A DNA stretch of 64,000 nucleotides from Acidobacteriota bacterium (lineage in GTDB: Bacteria > Acidobacteriota > Thermoanaerobaculia > Gp7-AA8). The notes below the pieces were generated by a model. That model saw only the letters and a program-made list of their open reading frames with translations. It was not told where the DNA came from and ran no database searches. Location of the stretch: assembly GCA_019244185.1 (NCBI GenBank), contig JAFATB010000013.1:130762-194761 (forward strand). The letters run 5' to 3'. Of this stretch, positions 18,003 through 27,893 are shown in pieces (positions within the stretch are counted from its first letter, which is position 1; each line of letters opens with the position of its first letter). A program made the position numbers and the translations under genes.

Positions 18003-19385
18003 ATGAAAACAATGCTCGCGCTCCTGCTGTTCGCTTGTTCACTTCGCGCCGCCGCACAACCATGGCGGCACTCGACGAAGGCGGCCGATGCCGGCTACGA
18101 CGCCGCCGCGCTCGCGGAGACGCGTGCCGTCGCGGACGAGGCGCATTCGGCCGCGGTCTTCGCGGTCGCGGACGGACGCGTGATCGCCGCGTGGGGCGGG
18201 GTCGACCGCAAGCTCGAACTGCATTCGATGCGCAAAAGCATCTACGCCGCGTTGTGGGGTATCGCGGAAGCGCGCGGTCTCGTGCGGCTCGACGCGACGC
18301 TCGCGGAGCTCGGCGTCGACGATCTGCAGGCGCTGACGGACGAAGAGAAACGCGCACGCCTCATCGACCTGCTGCACGCCCGGTCCGGCGTCTATCATCC
18401 CGCCGCGTACGCGACCGCCGATCAGGAAGAAGCGCGGCCCGCGCGCGGCAGCCACGCCCGCGACACGTTCTGGTTCTACAACAACTGGGACTTCAACGTC
18501 GCCGGCGCGCTGCTCGAGCGCGTCACCGGCAAGCCGCTCGGCATCGTCATCGACGAATGGCTGGCGAAGCCGCTCGGCATGCAGGACTACGCGCCGTCCG
18601 ACGTCTTCGCCGCGCTCGAGCCGCACGTGTCGCGCTGGCCGGCGCTCACGATCCGGATGTCCGCGCGTGACCTCGCGCGCTTCGGCGAGCTGTGGCTGAA
18701 CGAAGGGCGCTGGAACGGACGCCAGCTCGTTCCGGCGGCGTACATCGCGCGCGCGTCGGCGCCGGCGTCGAGCACGGGCGCGCCCGGACAGGGCTACGCA
18801 ATGATGTGGTGGACTTACGATGCCGGCTCGGTCGATGCGAAGCAGTATCCGAACGCTTCCCGCGTGCGCCTCCTGCTCGCGCGCGGCCTCGGCGGACACG
18901 TGCTCGCCATCGTGCCGGACGCGCACCTCGTCATCGTTCATCGCGCAGACACCGATCACGGTCGTCGCGTCCCCGGCGCCGCGGTCTGGACGATCATCGA
19001 CCGCATTCTCGGCGCGCGCCGCGGCGTCCCCATCCGCCGCGCGCGTGCGTCCGCGGTGCGCATCGAACCGTTCGCGAGCCAGCTCGCGCCGTTCGTCTGG
19101 CCGCACGCCGTCGCGATTTCTCCGCGTGCAATGCAGAACGTCGCGGGCGACTACGAGCTGCGCCCCGGCGTTGTCGCGCACGTCTTCATCGAAGACGGCC
19201 GGCTCTTTGCCTCGATGCCGGGACGCGGCGAGGCCGAGCTTTTCGCGACCTCGCCCACGGATTTTTTCGTGCGCGTCGACGCGGGGACCACCATCCACTT
19301 CGATCTCGACGACGCCGGCGTCGCGGCACGCGTGCGCGTCACGATCGGCGGGAAGGAACTCGTGGCGCGCCGTATCCCTGTGTAA
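18003..19385 (+). CDS. Serine hydrolase, beta-lactamase class C/AmpC-like family, with a C-terminal DUF3471-like domain
   Basis: Signal peptide, SMRK (SxxK), FWFYNN (YxN), LARFGELWLNEGRWNGRQL; C-terminal GDYEL...ELFATSPTDFF. Confidence 0.88.
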   Translation: MKTMLALLLFACSLRAAAQPWRHSTKAADAGYDAAALAETRAVADEAHSAAVFAVADGRVIAAWGGVDRKLELHSMRKSIYAALWGIAEARGLVRLDATLAELGVDDLQALTDEEKRARLIDLLHARSGVYHPAAYATADQEEARPARGSHARDTFWFYNNWDFNVAGALLERVTGKPLGIVIDEWLAKPLGMQDYAPSDVFAALEPHVSRWPALTIRMSARDLARFGELWLNEGRWNGRQLVPAAYIARASAPASSTGAPGQGYAMMWWTYDAGSVDAKQYPNASRVRLLLARGLGGHVLAIVPDAHLVIVHRADTDHGRRVPGAAVWTIIDRILGARRGVPIRRARASAVRIEPFASQLAPFVWPHAVAISPRAMQNVAGDYELRPGVVAHVFIEDGRLFASMPGRGEAELFATSPTDFFVRVDAGTTIHFDLDDAGVAARVRVTIGGKELVARRIPV

Positions 19386-19400
19386 AATAACTGCCTGTCC

Positions 19401-20084
19401 ATGCGGAAATTCATCGTCCCGTTGTTGCTCCTCCTCACGTCTGCCGTCTTCGCGTCTCCGGCGGCCTCGACGCGTCCCAACGATCGCGAGTGGTCGCTGA
19501 TCGCGGCGGACTTTCAGTGGATCCAGACGCTGCGCGCGGCGCAGAAGCAGCCGGCGCCGAATTCGACGCGGAAGGAGCAGATCGAGCTGCTGCTCGAGAA
19601 CCATCGCAAGATCGAGCCGACGTACGTCGCCTTCGTCGACAAGGTGCGCGACTACTGGGAGCGCACGGGCGATCCGCGCGCGGCCACGTTGCTCGCGAAC
19701 GAGAAGATCGCGCTCGGCGACGAATACATGAACGTTCTCTCGCGTTACGACAAAGCCATCGCGCTCTACCGCGCGGCGCTCGAGTTCGACGCGGCGAACA
19801 GCATCGCGCAGCAGCGCATCGCGCTGGCCGAGCAGAAGCGGTACGTGTCGATGAGCTCCTTCGCCACCGTGAAGACGGGGATGAAGGAAGAAGAAGTACG
19901 GAAGCTGGTCGGGTTGCCGCGCGAGGACTGGATCAAGCAGGTCGTCCAGAACAACCGCGTGTACTCGGTCTGGATTTACCCGAAGTCGGACGGCGGCGCC
20001 TCGGCGATCTACTTTGACAACGGCGTCGTCTATCACACAAACTGGAACGCTGCCGCGCCGCCGGCGCCAGCGACGTCGAAGTAG
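19401..20084 (+). CDS. Exported TPR plus SmpA/BamE-like domain protein
   Basis: Signal peptide; TPR LGDEY..YDKAIALYRAALEFD; VKTGMKEEEVRKLVGLP...WIY...IYFDNGVV. Confidence 0.75.
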   Translation: MRKFIVPLLLLLTSAVFASPAASTRPNDREWSLIAADFQWIQTLRAAQKQPAPNSTRKEQIELLLENHRKIEPTYVAFVDKVRDYWERTGDPRAATLLANEKIALGDEYMNVLSRYDKAIALYRAALEFDAANSIAQQRIALAEQKRYVSMSSFATVKTGMKEEEVRKLVGLPREDWIKQVVQNNRVYSVWIYPKSDGGASAIYFDNGVVYHTNWNAAAPPAPATSK

Positions 20085-20107
20085 TGATGTTCCGGGAGGA
20101 CGAGAGG

Positions 20108-20824
20108 ATGGAAGAACAGCACACCGCCGACGATCAGTCGCACTACGAAATCTCGCTCACCGCCGGACAGGCGTTCATCGCCTTCGTCCTGCTGCTGCTC
20201 TCGCTCGCCGCGTCGTTCGCGTTCGGGCTGATGATCGGCAAGGGACAGGCCGACGAGCGGCTGGTGGTGCGCAAGGAAGCGCCGCCCGCCGTGACGGAGG
20301 CGAGCGTGCTGCCGAAGAAAAGCAGCGACGGCCACATCGTCGAGCTCGGCGTTGGCGACGACGACTTCCGCGCGCCGGCCACCAGCAGCACCGACACGTC
20401 TAACACCGACGCGAACGCCGCGACGGACAGCTCCGCAACCGCGGCCGTGATCGAAGAGCCGTCCGCGACGACGACCGCGGCGCCTGCGCCGTCCACGAAC
20501 ACGCCTCCGGCGACGACGCCCGCGAGCACGACGCCGGCCACGACGCCCGCGTCCCCGACGCCCGCTCCCGCGGCGGCCACACCGTCATCCGCGTCGACGC
20601 CGGTCTTCGCGCAGTTGCTCTCGACGTCCGACCAGAAGACGGCGGAAGCGCTCGCCGCGAGGCTCATCAACCGCGGCTTCACGAGCGCGTACGTCGTGCG
20701 CGGCGCGACGGACAAAGGTTCCGTGTTCCGCGTGCGCGTGCGGTTCGGATCGGACGCGGAGGCGCGTGCGGCGGAGACGAAGCTGCACGAGTTCTCCAGC
20801 GACGTCTGGATCACGACGAAGTAG
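20108..20824 (+). CDS. SPOR domain cell-division protein (DedD/FtsN-like)
   Basis: Single TM (FVLLLLSLAASFAFGLMIG), Pro/Thr/Ala linker, C-terminal SPOR (AQL..A..LAARL..RGF.AYV...FRVRV.F..AEA). Confidence 0.85.
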   Translation: MEEQHTADDQSHYEISLTAGQAFIAFVLLLLSLAASFAFGLMIGKGQADERLVVRKEAPPAVTEASVLPKKSSDGHIVELGVGDDDFRAPATSSTDTSNTDANAATDSSATAAVIEEPSATTTAAPAPSTNTPPATTPASTTPATTPASPTPAPAAATPSSASTPVFAQLLSTSDQKTAEALAARLINRGFTSAYVVRGATDKGSVFRVRVRFGSDAEARAAETKLHEFSSDVWITTK

Positions 20825-20878
20825 CGCGGGCAAGAAATGATGCGCCGTCCGTTGCGGACGGCGTTAAACTGTTCCGGA

Positions 20879-21160
20879 ATGATGTCCGGCGTGATCCAGG
20901 GCTCGTTCCCTCACGGATTGCCCCGTCCGGCGCGGCCGCCGGTTCAGCGCAGCGCTGCGCCGATGCCGCCGCATGCGATGCCGCTTCCGCCGCAGCTGTC
21001 GACGCTGGTCGTGCGCGACGGCGGTCAGCCGCTACCGCCGCAGGTCCGGCAGCGCATGGAAGCGGCGTTCTCCGCGAGGTTCGACGACGTTCGCGTGCAC
21101 ATCTCGCCGCAGACGCAGGCCCTCGGCGCGGTCGCCCTTACGCACGGCTCGCACATTCAC
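20879..21160 (+). pseudogene. Truncated DUF4157 (eCIS-core-like) domain gene
   Basis: GGQPLPPQVRQRMEAAFSARFDDVRVH..QALGAVALTHGSHIH stops before the expected F...HELxH half. Confidence 0.7.
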
Positions 21161-21842
21161 GCACGACGCACGACAGCACGCGCGGCCACGTGCTCGCCAT
21201 CAATCCCGGCGACGCGCACGACGGCCGCTCCGGCGCCGCGGGCGGCTTCGCGTATCGCATGCTCTACATCACGCCCGAACGCATGCGCTCCATCGCCGGC
21301 GACTTCGCCACGCGCACGCCGCTCGTGCGCGATCGCACGCTCGCGTGCGCCGTCGACGACGCATGGCGTGCCATGCATCACGACCCGCGGACGCTCGCCG
21401 CGGACGAGCTTCTCGAGCGCGCGCTCGTGCAGCTCGTGTCGAGCCACGGCGGCCTCGCGCCGTGCGTGTCGTCGCGTCTCGATCAAGCCGCGCTCACGCG
21501 CGTGCGCGAGCACCTCCACGCGCACCTCGGTGATCGCGTGCGTCTCGGCGAGCTCGCCGCGCTCGCGTCGATGAGCCGCTTCCAGCTGACGCGCCAGTCC
21601 AGCGCGCGTACGGCGTGCCGCTGCACGCGTATCACCTGCACGTGCGTCTGCTCGAAGCGAAGCGGCGGCTGCGCGACGGCGCGCGCGTCGCGGCCGTCGC
21701 GGCGGAGCTCGGCTTCAGCGATCAGAGTCATCTCCATCGCCGTTTCAAAGGAACGTTCGGCGTGACGCCGGGAGAGTGGCGCCGCGCGACGGCGTCTGCC
21801 GGACTCGGCACGACCCTCGCTGGCATTGACGCTCATGGCTGA
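21160..21842 (+). pseudogene. AraC family regulator lacking its N-terminus, with a frameshift near 21598
   Basis: HDSTRGHVLAINPGDAHDG...YRMLY (AraC binding domain); HTH LGELAALASMSRFQLTRQ. The next frame gives YGVPLHAY...GFSDQSHLHRRFKGTFGVTPGEWR. Confidence 0.8.
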
Positions 21843-22617
21843 CACATCCGATCCACTGCGCTCGAAGACGACCACGCCGGAGCTCGAACAGCTCCGCAGC
21901 GCGCAGGCGGCGAAGAAACGCCCCTCCGTCGATCCGACGCACATCCTCGACAAGGCGATCTACCAACTCTGGGAGACGATCAACGACCTCGATCAGATCC
22001 AGCCCGAGCGCGTGGAGCATTACCGCGTCTCGATCTTCGGCAGCTCGCGCATCCGCCGCGGCGATCCGATCTACGAAGAGGTCAAGAAGCTGAGCTTCGA
22101 GCTCGCGCGCCTGGGCGTCGACATCGTCACCGGCGGCGGTCCCGGTCTCATGGAAGCGGCGAACTCCGGCGCGCGCGAAGGACAGTCGGGCACGAACGCG
22201 CGCTCGTTCGGCCTGGCCATTCACCTGCCGACGGAAGAGTCGGCGAATCCATTCGTCGACAAGGTGTTCCGTCACCGCACGTTCTTCTCGCGGCTCCATC
22301 ACTTCATCCGGCTCTCGTCCGCGTTCATCGTCGTGCCGGGCGGCATCGGCACGGCGCTCGAGCTCTTCATGGTGTGGCAGCTGCTGCAGGTCAAGCACAT
22401 GAAGCAGCATCCGCTGATCCTCGTCGGTACAATGTGGCCCGGACTGATCGACTGGATCCGCGGGACGATGCTCGAACGCGGCCTCGTCAGTCCATCCGAC
22501 TTCGACGTGATCAAGGTCGTCGGCTCCTCCGAAGAAGCCATTCCGATCATCCGCGAGTCGTACGAACGATGGCAGCAGGAGGAACGAGGAAATGCCAACC
22601 CAGGAGCAGGTTCTTGA
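21835..22617 (+). CDS. LOG family nucleotide phosphoribohydrolase
   Basis: VSIFGSSR, TGGGPGLMEAAN, PGGIGTALE. Confidence 0.9.
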   Translation: MADTSDPLRSKTTTPELEQLRSAQAAKKRPSVDPTHILDKAIYQLWETINDLDQIQPERVEHYRVSIFGSSRIRRGDPIYEEVKKLSFELARLGVDIVTGGGPGLMEAANSGAREGQSGTNARSFGLAIHLPTEESANPFVDKVFRHRTFFSRLHHFIRLSSAFIVVPGGIGTALELFMVWQLLQVKHMKQHPLILVGTMWPGLIDWIRGTMLERGLVSPSDFDVIKVVGSSEEAIPIIRESYERWQQEERGNANPGAGS

Positions 22618-23725
22618 CGCGCTGAAGAAGGTCCGCTTTCCGGGCCTGTCGCGCGACATCGTGTCATTCGGATTCGTGCGCGACGCCGTGGTCGACGGCG
22701 GCGCGGTCTCTTTCACGATCCACTTTCAAACTGAGAATCCGACTGTCGGCCAGCAGATCGCGCGCGACGCGGAAGCCGCGGTGCGCGCGCTCGACGGCGT
22801 CACGGACGTCCGCGTGAACCTCGAGATCGGCGCGCGCCAGAGCGCCGCGACCGCCGGCCCGATGCCGGCCGGCCCGAATGCGCTCGAAGGCGTGAAGTAC
22901 CGCATCGCCGTCGCGTCGGGCAAAGGCGGCGTCGGCAAGTCCACCGTGTCGACGAACCTCGCGCTCTCGCTGCGCGCGCTCGGCTTCACCGTCGGTTTGC
23001 TCGATGCGGATATTTACGGGCCGTCGCAGCAGATGATGCTCGGCATCAGCGGCAAGCCGCAGATCGACGAGACCGACGAGAAGATCCTGCCGATGGAGCG
23101 CCACGGCATCAAGACGATGTCCCTCGGCCTCATCACCGAAGCCGACACGCCGGTGATCTGGCGCGGGCCGATGGTCATGAAGGCCATCGATCAGTTCCTC
23201 ACCGACGTGAAGTGGGGGACGCTCGACTTTCTCGTCATCGATCTGCCGCCCGGCACCGGCGACGCGCAGCTGACGCTGACGCAGAAGGCCGGCCTCACCG
23301 GCGCCGTCGTCGTCACGACGCCGCAGGACGTCGCGCTCATCGACGCGCGCAAAGGCCTGGCGATGTTCCGCAAGGTGAATGTCCCCGTGCTCGGCATCGT
23401 CGAGAACATGAGCTACTTCATCTGCCGCCACTGCGGCGAGCGCGAAGAGATCTTCGGCCACGGCGGCGGGAAGAAGACCGCGGCCATGCTCGGCGTGCCT
23501 TTCCTCGGCGAAGTCCCGATCGATCCGAAGGTCGTCGTCGGCGGCGACACCGGCGAGCCGATCGTCGCGTCCGATCCCGACGCGCCCGCGGCGCAGGCGT
23601 TCCGCGAGCTCGCGCGTCAGGTCGTCGAGCAGCTCGAGTCAGGAATGGCCGGACATACGCACGGCCACGACCACGAGCACGACCATCATCACCACCACGA
23701 TCACGACCACGCGCACACGCACTGA
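22592..23725 (+). CDS. apbC: Mrp/ApbC (NBP35) Fe-S cluster carrier ATPase with a His-rich tail
   Basis: N-terminal DUF59-like domain, SGKGGVGKST, DADIYGPS, WRGPM, DLPPGTGD, ENMSYFICRHC. Confidence 0.93.
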   Translation: MPTQEQVLDALKKVRFPGLSRDIVSFGFVRDAVVDGGAVSFTIHFQTENPTVGQQIARDAEAAVRALDGVTDVRVNLEIGARQSAATAGPMPAGPNALEGVKYRIAVASGKGGVGKSTVSTNLALSLRALGFTVGLLDADIYGPSQQMMLGISGKPQIDETDEKILPMERHGIKTMSLGLITEADTPVIWRGPMVMKAIDQFLTDVKWGTLDFLVIDLPPGTGDAQLTLTQKAGLTGAVVVTTPQDVALIDARKGLAMFRKVNVPVLGIVENMSYFICRHCGEREEIFGHGGGKKTAAMLGVPFLGEVPIDPKVVVGGDTGEPIVASDPDAPAAQAFRELARQVVEQLESGMAGHTHGHDHEHDHHHHHDHDHAHTH

Positions 23726-23737
23726 CGCCGCGCGCGT

Positions 23738-24259
23738 TTACTTCCGCGCTTTCGCCGCACGCAGCGCGCTCACGAAGCGCGCCGCGTCGGCGGGCGCGAA
23801 GTTGCGCAGCTCATCGACGTGGTTGACCTTCAGCTCCTCGAAGACGCGCTCGTTCTTGTCGTTGAGCAACCGCAGCTCGTCGTTCGTGTAGTCGACGCTG
23901 CGGATCGACGCGATCGGGAACTCGAGCGACTTGCCGGTCGCGAATTTCACGCCGCCCATCACCGCCGCCTCGATGAGCCCTTCGAGAAAGCCTTTCTCTT
24001 CGCCGTCTTTCTTCTTCTCTTCCGACTTCATCTGCGCGAGCGCGCGATCGGTGAGCTGCACGGCCACGCTGTTCTCGAGCAACATGAGCGCGGTCATGCC
24101 GTCGCGCGAGACGATGGTGAGGCGCGCGTCGCGCAGCTCGCGGTGCGGTCCGACGCTCGTGCGCGAGTCCTTGACGCTGACGGACAGCGACAGGCCGTCC
24201 GCGTAGGCGACGCCGAGACATCCGAGGGAGACGAGCGCAACCGCGAGGAACCGTTTCAT
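23738..24259 (-). CDS. Hypothetical exported protein
   Basis: Signal [20 protein letters not shown]; typical codon usage; fills the gap between apbC and scoA. Confidence 0.75.
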   Translation of the reverse strand: MKRFLAVALVSLGCLGVAYADGLSLSVSVKDSRTSVGPHRELRDARLTIVSRDGMTALMLLENSVAVQLTDRALAQMKSEEKKKDGEEKGFLEGLIEAAVMGGVKFATGKSLEFPIASIRSVDYTNDELRLLNDKNERVFEELKVNHVDELRNFAPADAARFVSALRAAKARK

Positions 24260-24322
24260 GAGTCGGTATACGACTCCGCCGCGTGCTGGTTGCAGCGGCA
24301 CTTTGATATCTTGCGCGCCGCC

Positions 24323-25018
24323 ATGATCAACAAAGTCGTCGCTTCCGCCGCCGAAGCGGTGCAGGACGTCACCGATGGTTCGACGCTCGTCGTCGGCGGC
24401 TTCGGGCTCTGCGGCATTCCGGAAAACCTGATCAACGCGCTCGTCGAGAAGGGCGTCCGCGGCCTGACGTGCGTCTCGAACAACGCCGGCGTCGACGACT
24501 GGGGACTCGGCCTGCTCCTGCAGACGAAGCAGATCCGCAAGATGGTCTCGTCGTACGTCGGCGAAAACGCGGAGTTCGAGCGGCAATACCTCGCCGGCGA
24601 GCTCGAAGTGGAGTTCGTTCCGCAGGGCACGCTCGCCGAGCGCATGCGCGCGGGCGGCGCCGGCATCCCGGCCTTCTACACGCCCGCGGGCTACGGCACG
24701 ATCGTCGCCGAAGGCAAAGAAACGCGCACATTCGACGGCCGGCCGTACGTCATGGAACGCGGCATCGTCGGCGACTTCTCGCTCGTCGCCGCCTGGCGCG
24801 GCGATCGCCTCGGCAATCTCGTCTACCGCAAGACCGCGCGCAACTTCAATCCGATGGCCGCGACCGCGGGAAAGATCTGCGTCGCCGAAGTCGAGGAGCT
24901 CGTCGAGCCGGGCGAGCTCGAGCCCGACGGCATTCACACGCCGGGCATCTTCGTCCATCGCGTGGTCGTCGCGCCGCGCCAGAAACGCATCGAGCAGCGC
25001 ACCGTCAGGAAGGGATAA
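24323..25018 (+). CDS. scoA: 3-oxoacid CoA-transferase subunit A
   Basis: [51 protein letters not shown]. Confidence 0.93.
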   Translation: MINKVVASAAEAVQDVTDGSTLVVGGFGLCGIPENLINALVEKGVRGLTCVSNNAGVDDWGLGLLLQTKQIRKMVSSYVGENAEFERQYLAGELEVEFVPQGTLAERMRAGGAGIPAFYTPAGYGTIVAEGKETRTFDGRPYVMERGIVGDFSLVAAWRGDRLGNLVYRKTARNFNPMAATAGKICVAEVEELVEPGELEPDGIHTPGIFVHRVVVAPRQKRIEQRTVRKG

Positions 25019-25023
25019 CGCCG

Positions 25024-25680
25024 ATGCCTCTTAATCGCGAACAGATCGTCCGCCGCGCCGCACAGGAGTTGCGCGACGGCTACTACGTCAACCTCGGCAT
25101 CGGCATGCCCACGCTCGTCGCGAACAACATTCCCGCCGGTATGGAAGTGATCCTCCAGTCCGAAAACGGCATCCTCGGACTGGGACCGTTCCCGACGGAC
25201 GATGAGGTGGACCCCGATCTCATCAACGCCGGCAAGCAGACCGTGACCGTGCTTCCCGGCGCGGCGTTCTTCTCCAGCGCCGACTCGTTCTCCATGATCC
25301 GCGGCGGCAAGGTCGATCTCTCCATCCTCGGCGCGATGCAGGTCTCCGCGAAGGGCGACATCGCCAACTGGATGGTGCCCGGCGCGATGGTGAAAGGCAT
25401 GGGCGGCGCGATGGATCTCGTCGCCGGCGCGAAACGCCTCATCGTGACCATGGAGCACGTCACGAAGAAGGGCGAGAAGAAGATCCTCGACGCGTGCAAT
25501 CTGCCGCTGACGGGCGTCGGCTGCGTGAACCGCATCATCACCGACTACTGCGTGCTCGACGTGACGGACGAAGGCCTGCGTCTCATCGAAGTCGCACCGG
25601 GCGTGACGCCGGAACAAGTGCAGTCGATGACCGAGCCGCGGCTCATCGTGGCCGAGAACGTGAAAGAGATCGCCGTGTGA
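25024..25680 (+). CDS. scoB: 3-oxoacid CoA-transferase subunit B
   Basis: VNLGIGMPT, catalytic [27 protein letters not shown]. Confidence 0.93.
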   Translation: MPLNREQIVRRAAQELRDGYYVNLGIGMPTLVANNIPAGMEVILQSENGILGLGPFPTDDEVDPDLINAGKQTVTVLPGAAFFSSADSFSMIRGGKVDLSILGAMQVSAKGDIANWMVPGAMVKGMGGAMDLVAGAKRLIVTMEHVTKKGEKKILDACNLPLTGVGCVNRIITDYCVLDVTDEGLRLIEVAPGVTPEQVQSMTEPRLIVAENVKEIAV

Positions 25681-26174
25681 AACCGGCGTTCGCACTCGTT
25701 CTCGCACTGACCACCGTTCGCTGCGCCACGATCGCGCATGGCCGCATGCAGAACGTGCCCGTGAACTCGAATCCCGCGGGCGCCGCCGTCCGCGTCACCT
25801 GCGACGGCGCTCCTGCCGTCGACGCGGGCGTGACGCCGGCGACCGTGCGCCTACGGCGCGGCGCATCCGCATGTTCGCTGACGCTGGCAAAGGACGGCTA
25901 TCGCACCGAGAGCGTGTCGTTCCAGCGCGCGCGCTCCGGCGTCTTCTACGCGAACGTCGTTCCGGGCGTCGTCGTCGGATCCGCCGCGGGCGCCGGTGCC
26001 GCGGTCGGCTCGCTGCTCGAGAGCGACAGCAACGACAACTCCGGCAACGCCGCATTCGCCGCCGGCTTCGTCCTCGGCACCGCGATTCCGATGTTCATCG
26101 ATCACGCGACCGGCGCGATGTACGTGCAGCGCCCGGAGCGCGTCGATGTGACGCTGACGCCGGCTACGCCGTGA
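25677..26174 (+). CDS. PEGA-like domain lipoprotein
   Basis: GTG start; lipobox-like TVRC; [21 protein letters not shown]...GVTPATVRL...KDGY...IDHATGAMY. Confidence 0.75.
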   Translation: MKPAFALVLALTTVRCATIAHGRMQNVPVNSNPAGAAVRVTCDGAPAVDAGVTPATVRLRRGASACSLTLAKDGYRTESVSFQRARSGVFYANVVPGVVVGSAAGAGAAVGSLLESDSNDNSGNAAFAAGFVLGTAIPMFIDHATGAMYVQRPERVDVTLTPATP

Positions 26175-26185
26175 GCTTACGCCCG

Positions 26186-26680
26186 CTACGCCGTAACGGC
26201 GTCGCTCTCGGTTTCCGGCTTCTTCCTCATGTCGAGGAACAGCAGGCCGATGCCGATGCAGATCGCGGAGTCGGCGACGTTGAACGCCGGCCAGTGATGC
26301 ACGCCGACGTACGCGTCGAAGAAGTCGACGACGTAGCCGAAGCGGAAGCGGTCGAGGAGGTTGCCGATCGCGCCGCCGAGAATGAGATGCAATCCCGTCT
26401 GCAGCAGGCGATCGGTGACGGCGGAGCGGAGCGCGTACACGACCACGACGCAGAAGACCGCGATGGCGCCGGCGTTGAGCAGGATCGGCACGATGCGCGA
26501 CGCGGCGTTCGCGCCGATGCCGAATGCGGCGCCGGTGTTGCGCACGTGCACGAGCTGAAAGAGGCCGGGGATCACGGACACCGCTTCATGCAGTTCGATG
26601 CGTTGCATGACCAGCCACTTGGTCCAGACGTCGAGAACGATGACGGCGGCGGAGATGCTCAGGTAGTACGCGCGTTTCAA
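26186..26680 (-). CDS. lspA: Lipoprotein signal peptidase II
   Basis: [37 protein letters not shown]. Confidence 0.96.
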   Translation of the reverse strand: MKRAYYLSISAAVIVLDVWTKWLVMQRIELHEAVSVIPGLFQLVHVRNTGAAFGIGANAASRIVPILLNAGAIAVFCVVVVYALRSAVTDRLLQTGLHLILGGAIGNLLDRFRFGYVVDFFDAYVGVHHWPAFNVADSAICIGIGLLFLDMRKKPETESDAVTA

Positions 26681-27828
26681 CGGGTCGCTCCTGCGAGTTG
26701 GCGCTCTTCGATCAGCTTGTCGAGCTCGGCGCGCAAGCGGCCGAGAATCTCATCGTACGTATAGTGCCCGAGGGACTCCGGTCCGCGCTTGAGGTTCACG
26801 TAACTCGGCGCGCACCACATGCCGAGGTCCGCGTCGTCGGTTTCGCCCGGACCATTCACGCGACAGCCCATGACAGCGATGGTGATGTCGTGTGCCTTCG
26901 CATACTCGGTCATCTCCCGCACGTTCTGAGCCAGATCGATGAAGGCCTCGTTCTCGACGCGCGAGCACGACGGGCAGCTGATGATGTTCAGCCCTTTGTG
27001 CTCGAAGCGCGGCACGGAGCGGAAGCGTCCCGCGGCGATGTCGTCGAGGATCGCGCGGCCGACCGTGATCTCTTCGCCCTTGCGCTCGAACGGCAGCGTG
27101 AGCGAGACGCGGATCGTGTCGCCGATGCCGCGCGTGAGGAGCTGTTCAAACGCGATGCGCGTCTTGATGATGCCGTCCGGCGGCATGCCCGCCTCGGTCA
27201 CGCCGAGGTGCAGCGGCACGTCGGGACGCGCCTCCGCGAAACGGAGGTTCGAGTCGATGACTTTGTTCGGATCGGAGTCCTTGATCGAGACGCAGTACTG
27301 ATCGAAGCCGAGGTCGTCGAGCATCGTGCAATGCTCGATCGCGGACTCGAGCATCGGCGTGATGTTGTCGTCGCGGTCGTACTTCGAGAGCTTGTCGGGA
27401 TCGACGGAACCGGCGTTGACGCCGATGCGCATCGCGCAGCCGTACGCGCGCGCGACGTCGACGAGATAGGCGACCTTTTCGCGCACCGGCTTCTCGCGCT
27501 CGAGGTGATAGAGGTGGCCGGGGTTGTAGCGCAGCTTCTGGACGTACGGGGCGACCTTCTCGGCGAGGCGGTAGTTTTCCTGGAGGTCGATGGAGAGGTT
27601 CGCGTTGGGACGCGCGGCGCGGATCTCGGCGAGGGCGACGACGTCTTTCGGGTTGTCGACGGCGATGCGGATGACGTCGGCTCCGGCGGCCTCGAGCAGC
27701 TCGACCTGGCGGATGGTGGCGGCGATGTCCTGCGTGCGCGTGGCGGTCATCGACTGCACGGCGACGGGGTTGCTCCCGCCGATCTTCACGTTGCCGATGC
27801 GGATCTCGCGCGTCTGTCGAGTCGTCAC
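26677..27828 (-). CDS. ispG: 4-hydroxy-3-methylbut-2-en-1-yl diphosphate synthase
   Basis: [60 protein letters not shown]. Confidence 0.96.
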   Translation of the reverse strand: MTTRQTREIRIGNVKIGGSNPVAVQSMTATRTQDIAATIRQVELLEAAGADVIRIAVDNPKDVVALAEIRAARPNANLSIDLQENYRLAEKVAPYVQKLRYNPGHLYHLEREKPVREKVAYLVDVARAYGCAMRIGVNAGSVDPDKLSKYDRDDNITPMLESAIEHCTMLDDLGFDQYCVSIKDSDPNKVIDSNLRFAEARPDVPLHLGVTEAGMPPDGIIKTRIAFEQLLTRGIGDTIRVSLTLPFERKGEEITVGRAILDDIAAGRFRSVPRFEHKGLNIISCPSCSRVENEAFIDLAQNVREMTEYAKAHDITIAVMGCRVNGPGETDDADLGMWCAPSYVNLKRGPESLGHYTYDEILGRLRAELDKLIEERQLAGATR

Positions 27829-27893
27829 GCGGCTTCTTAACGCGCGGCCCGGGCAAAGATTCCGTATGATCGCTCCCGTTGCGAGAGGCGAGC

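Noticed and set aside
20390-20600. Low-complexity Thr/Pro/Ala repeats
   Set aside because: This is the ordinary flexible linker of a SPOR protein.
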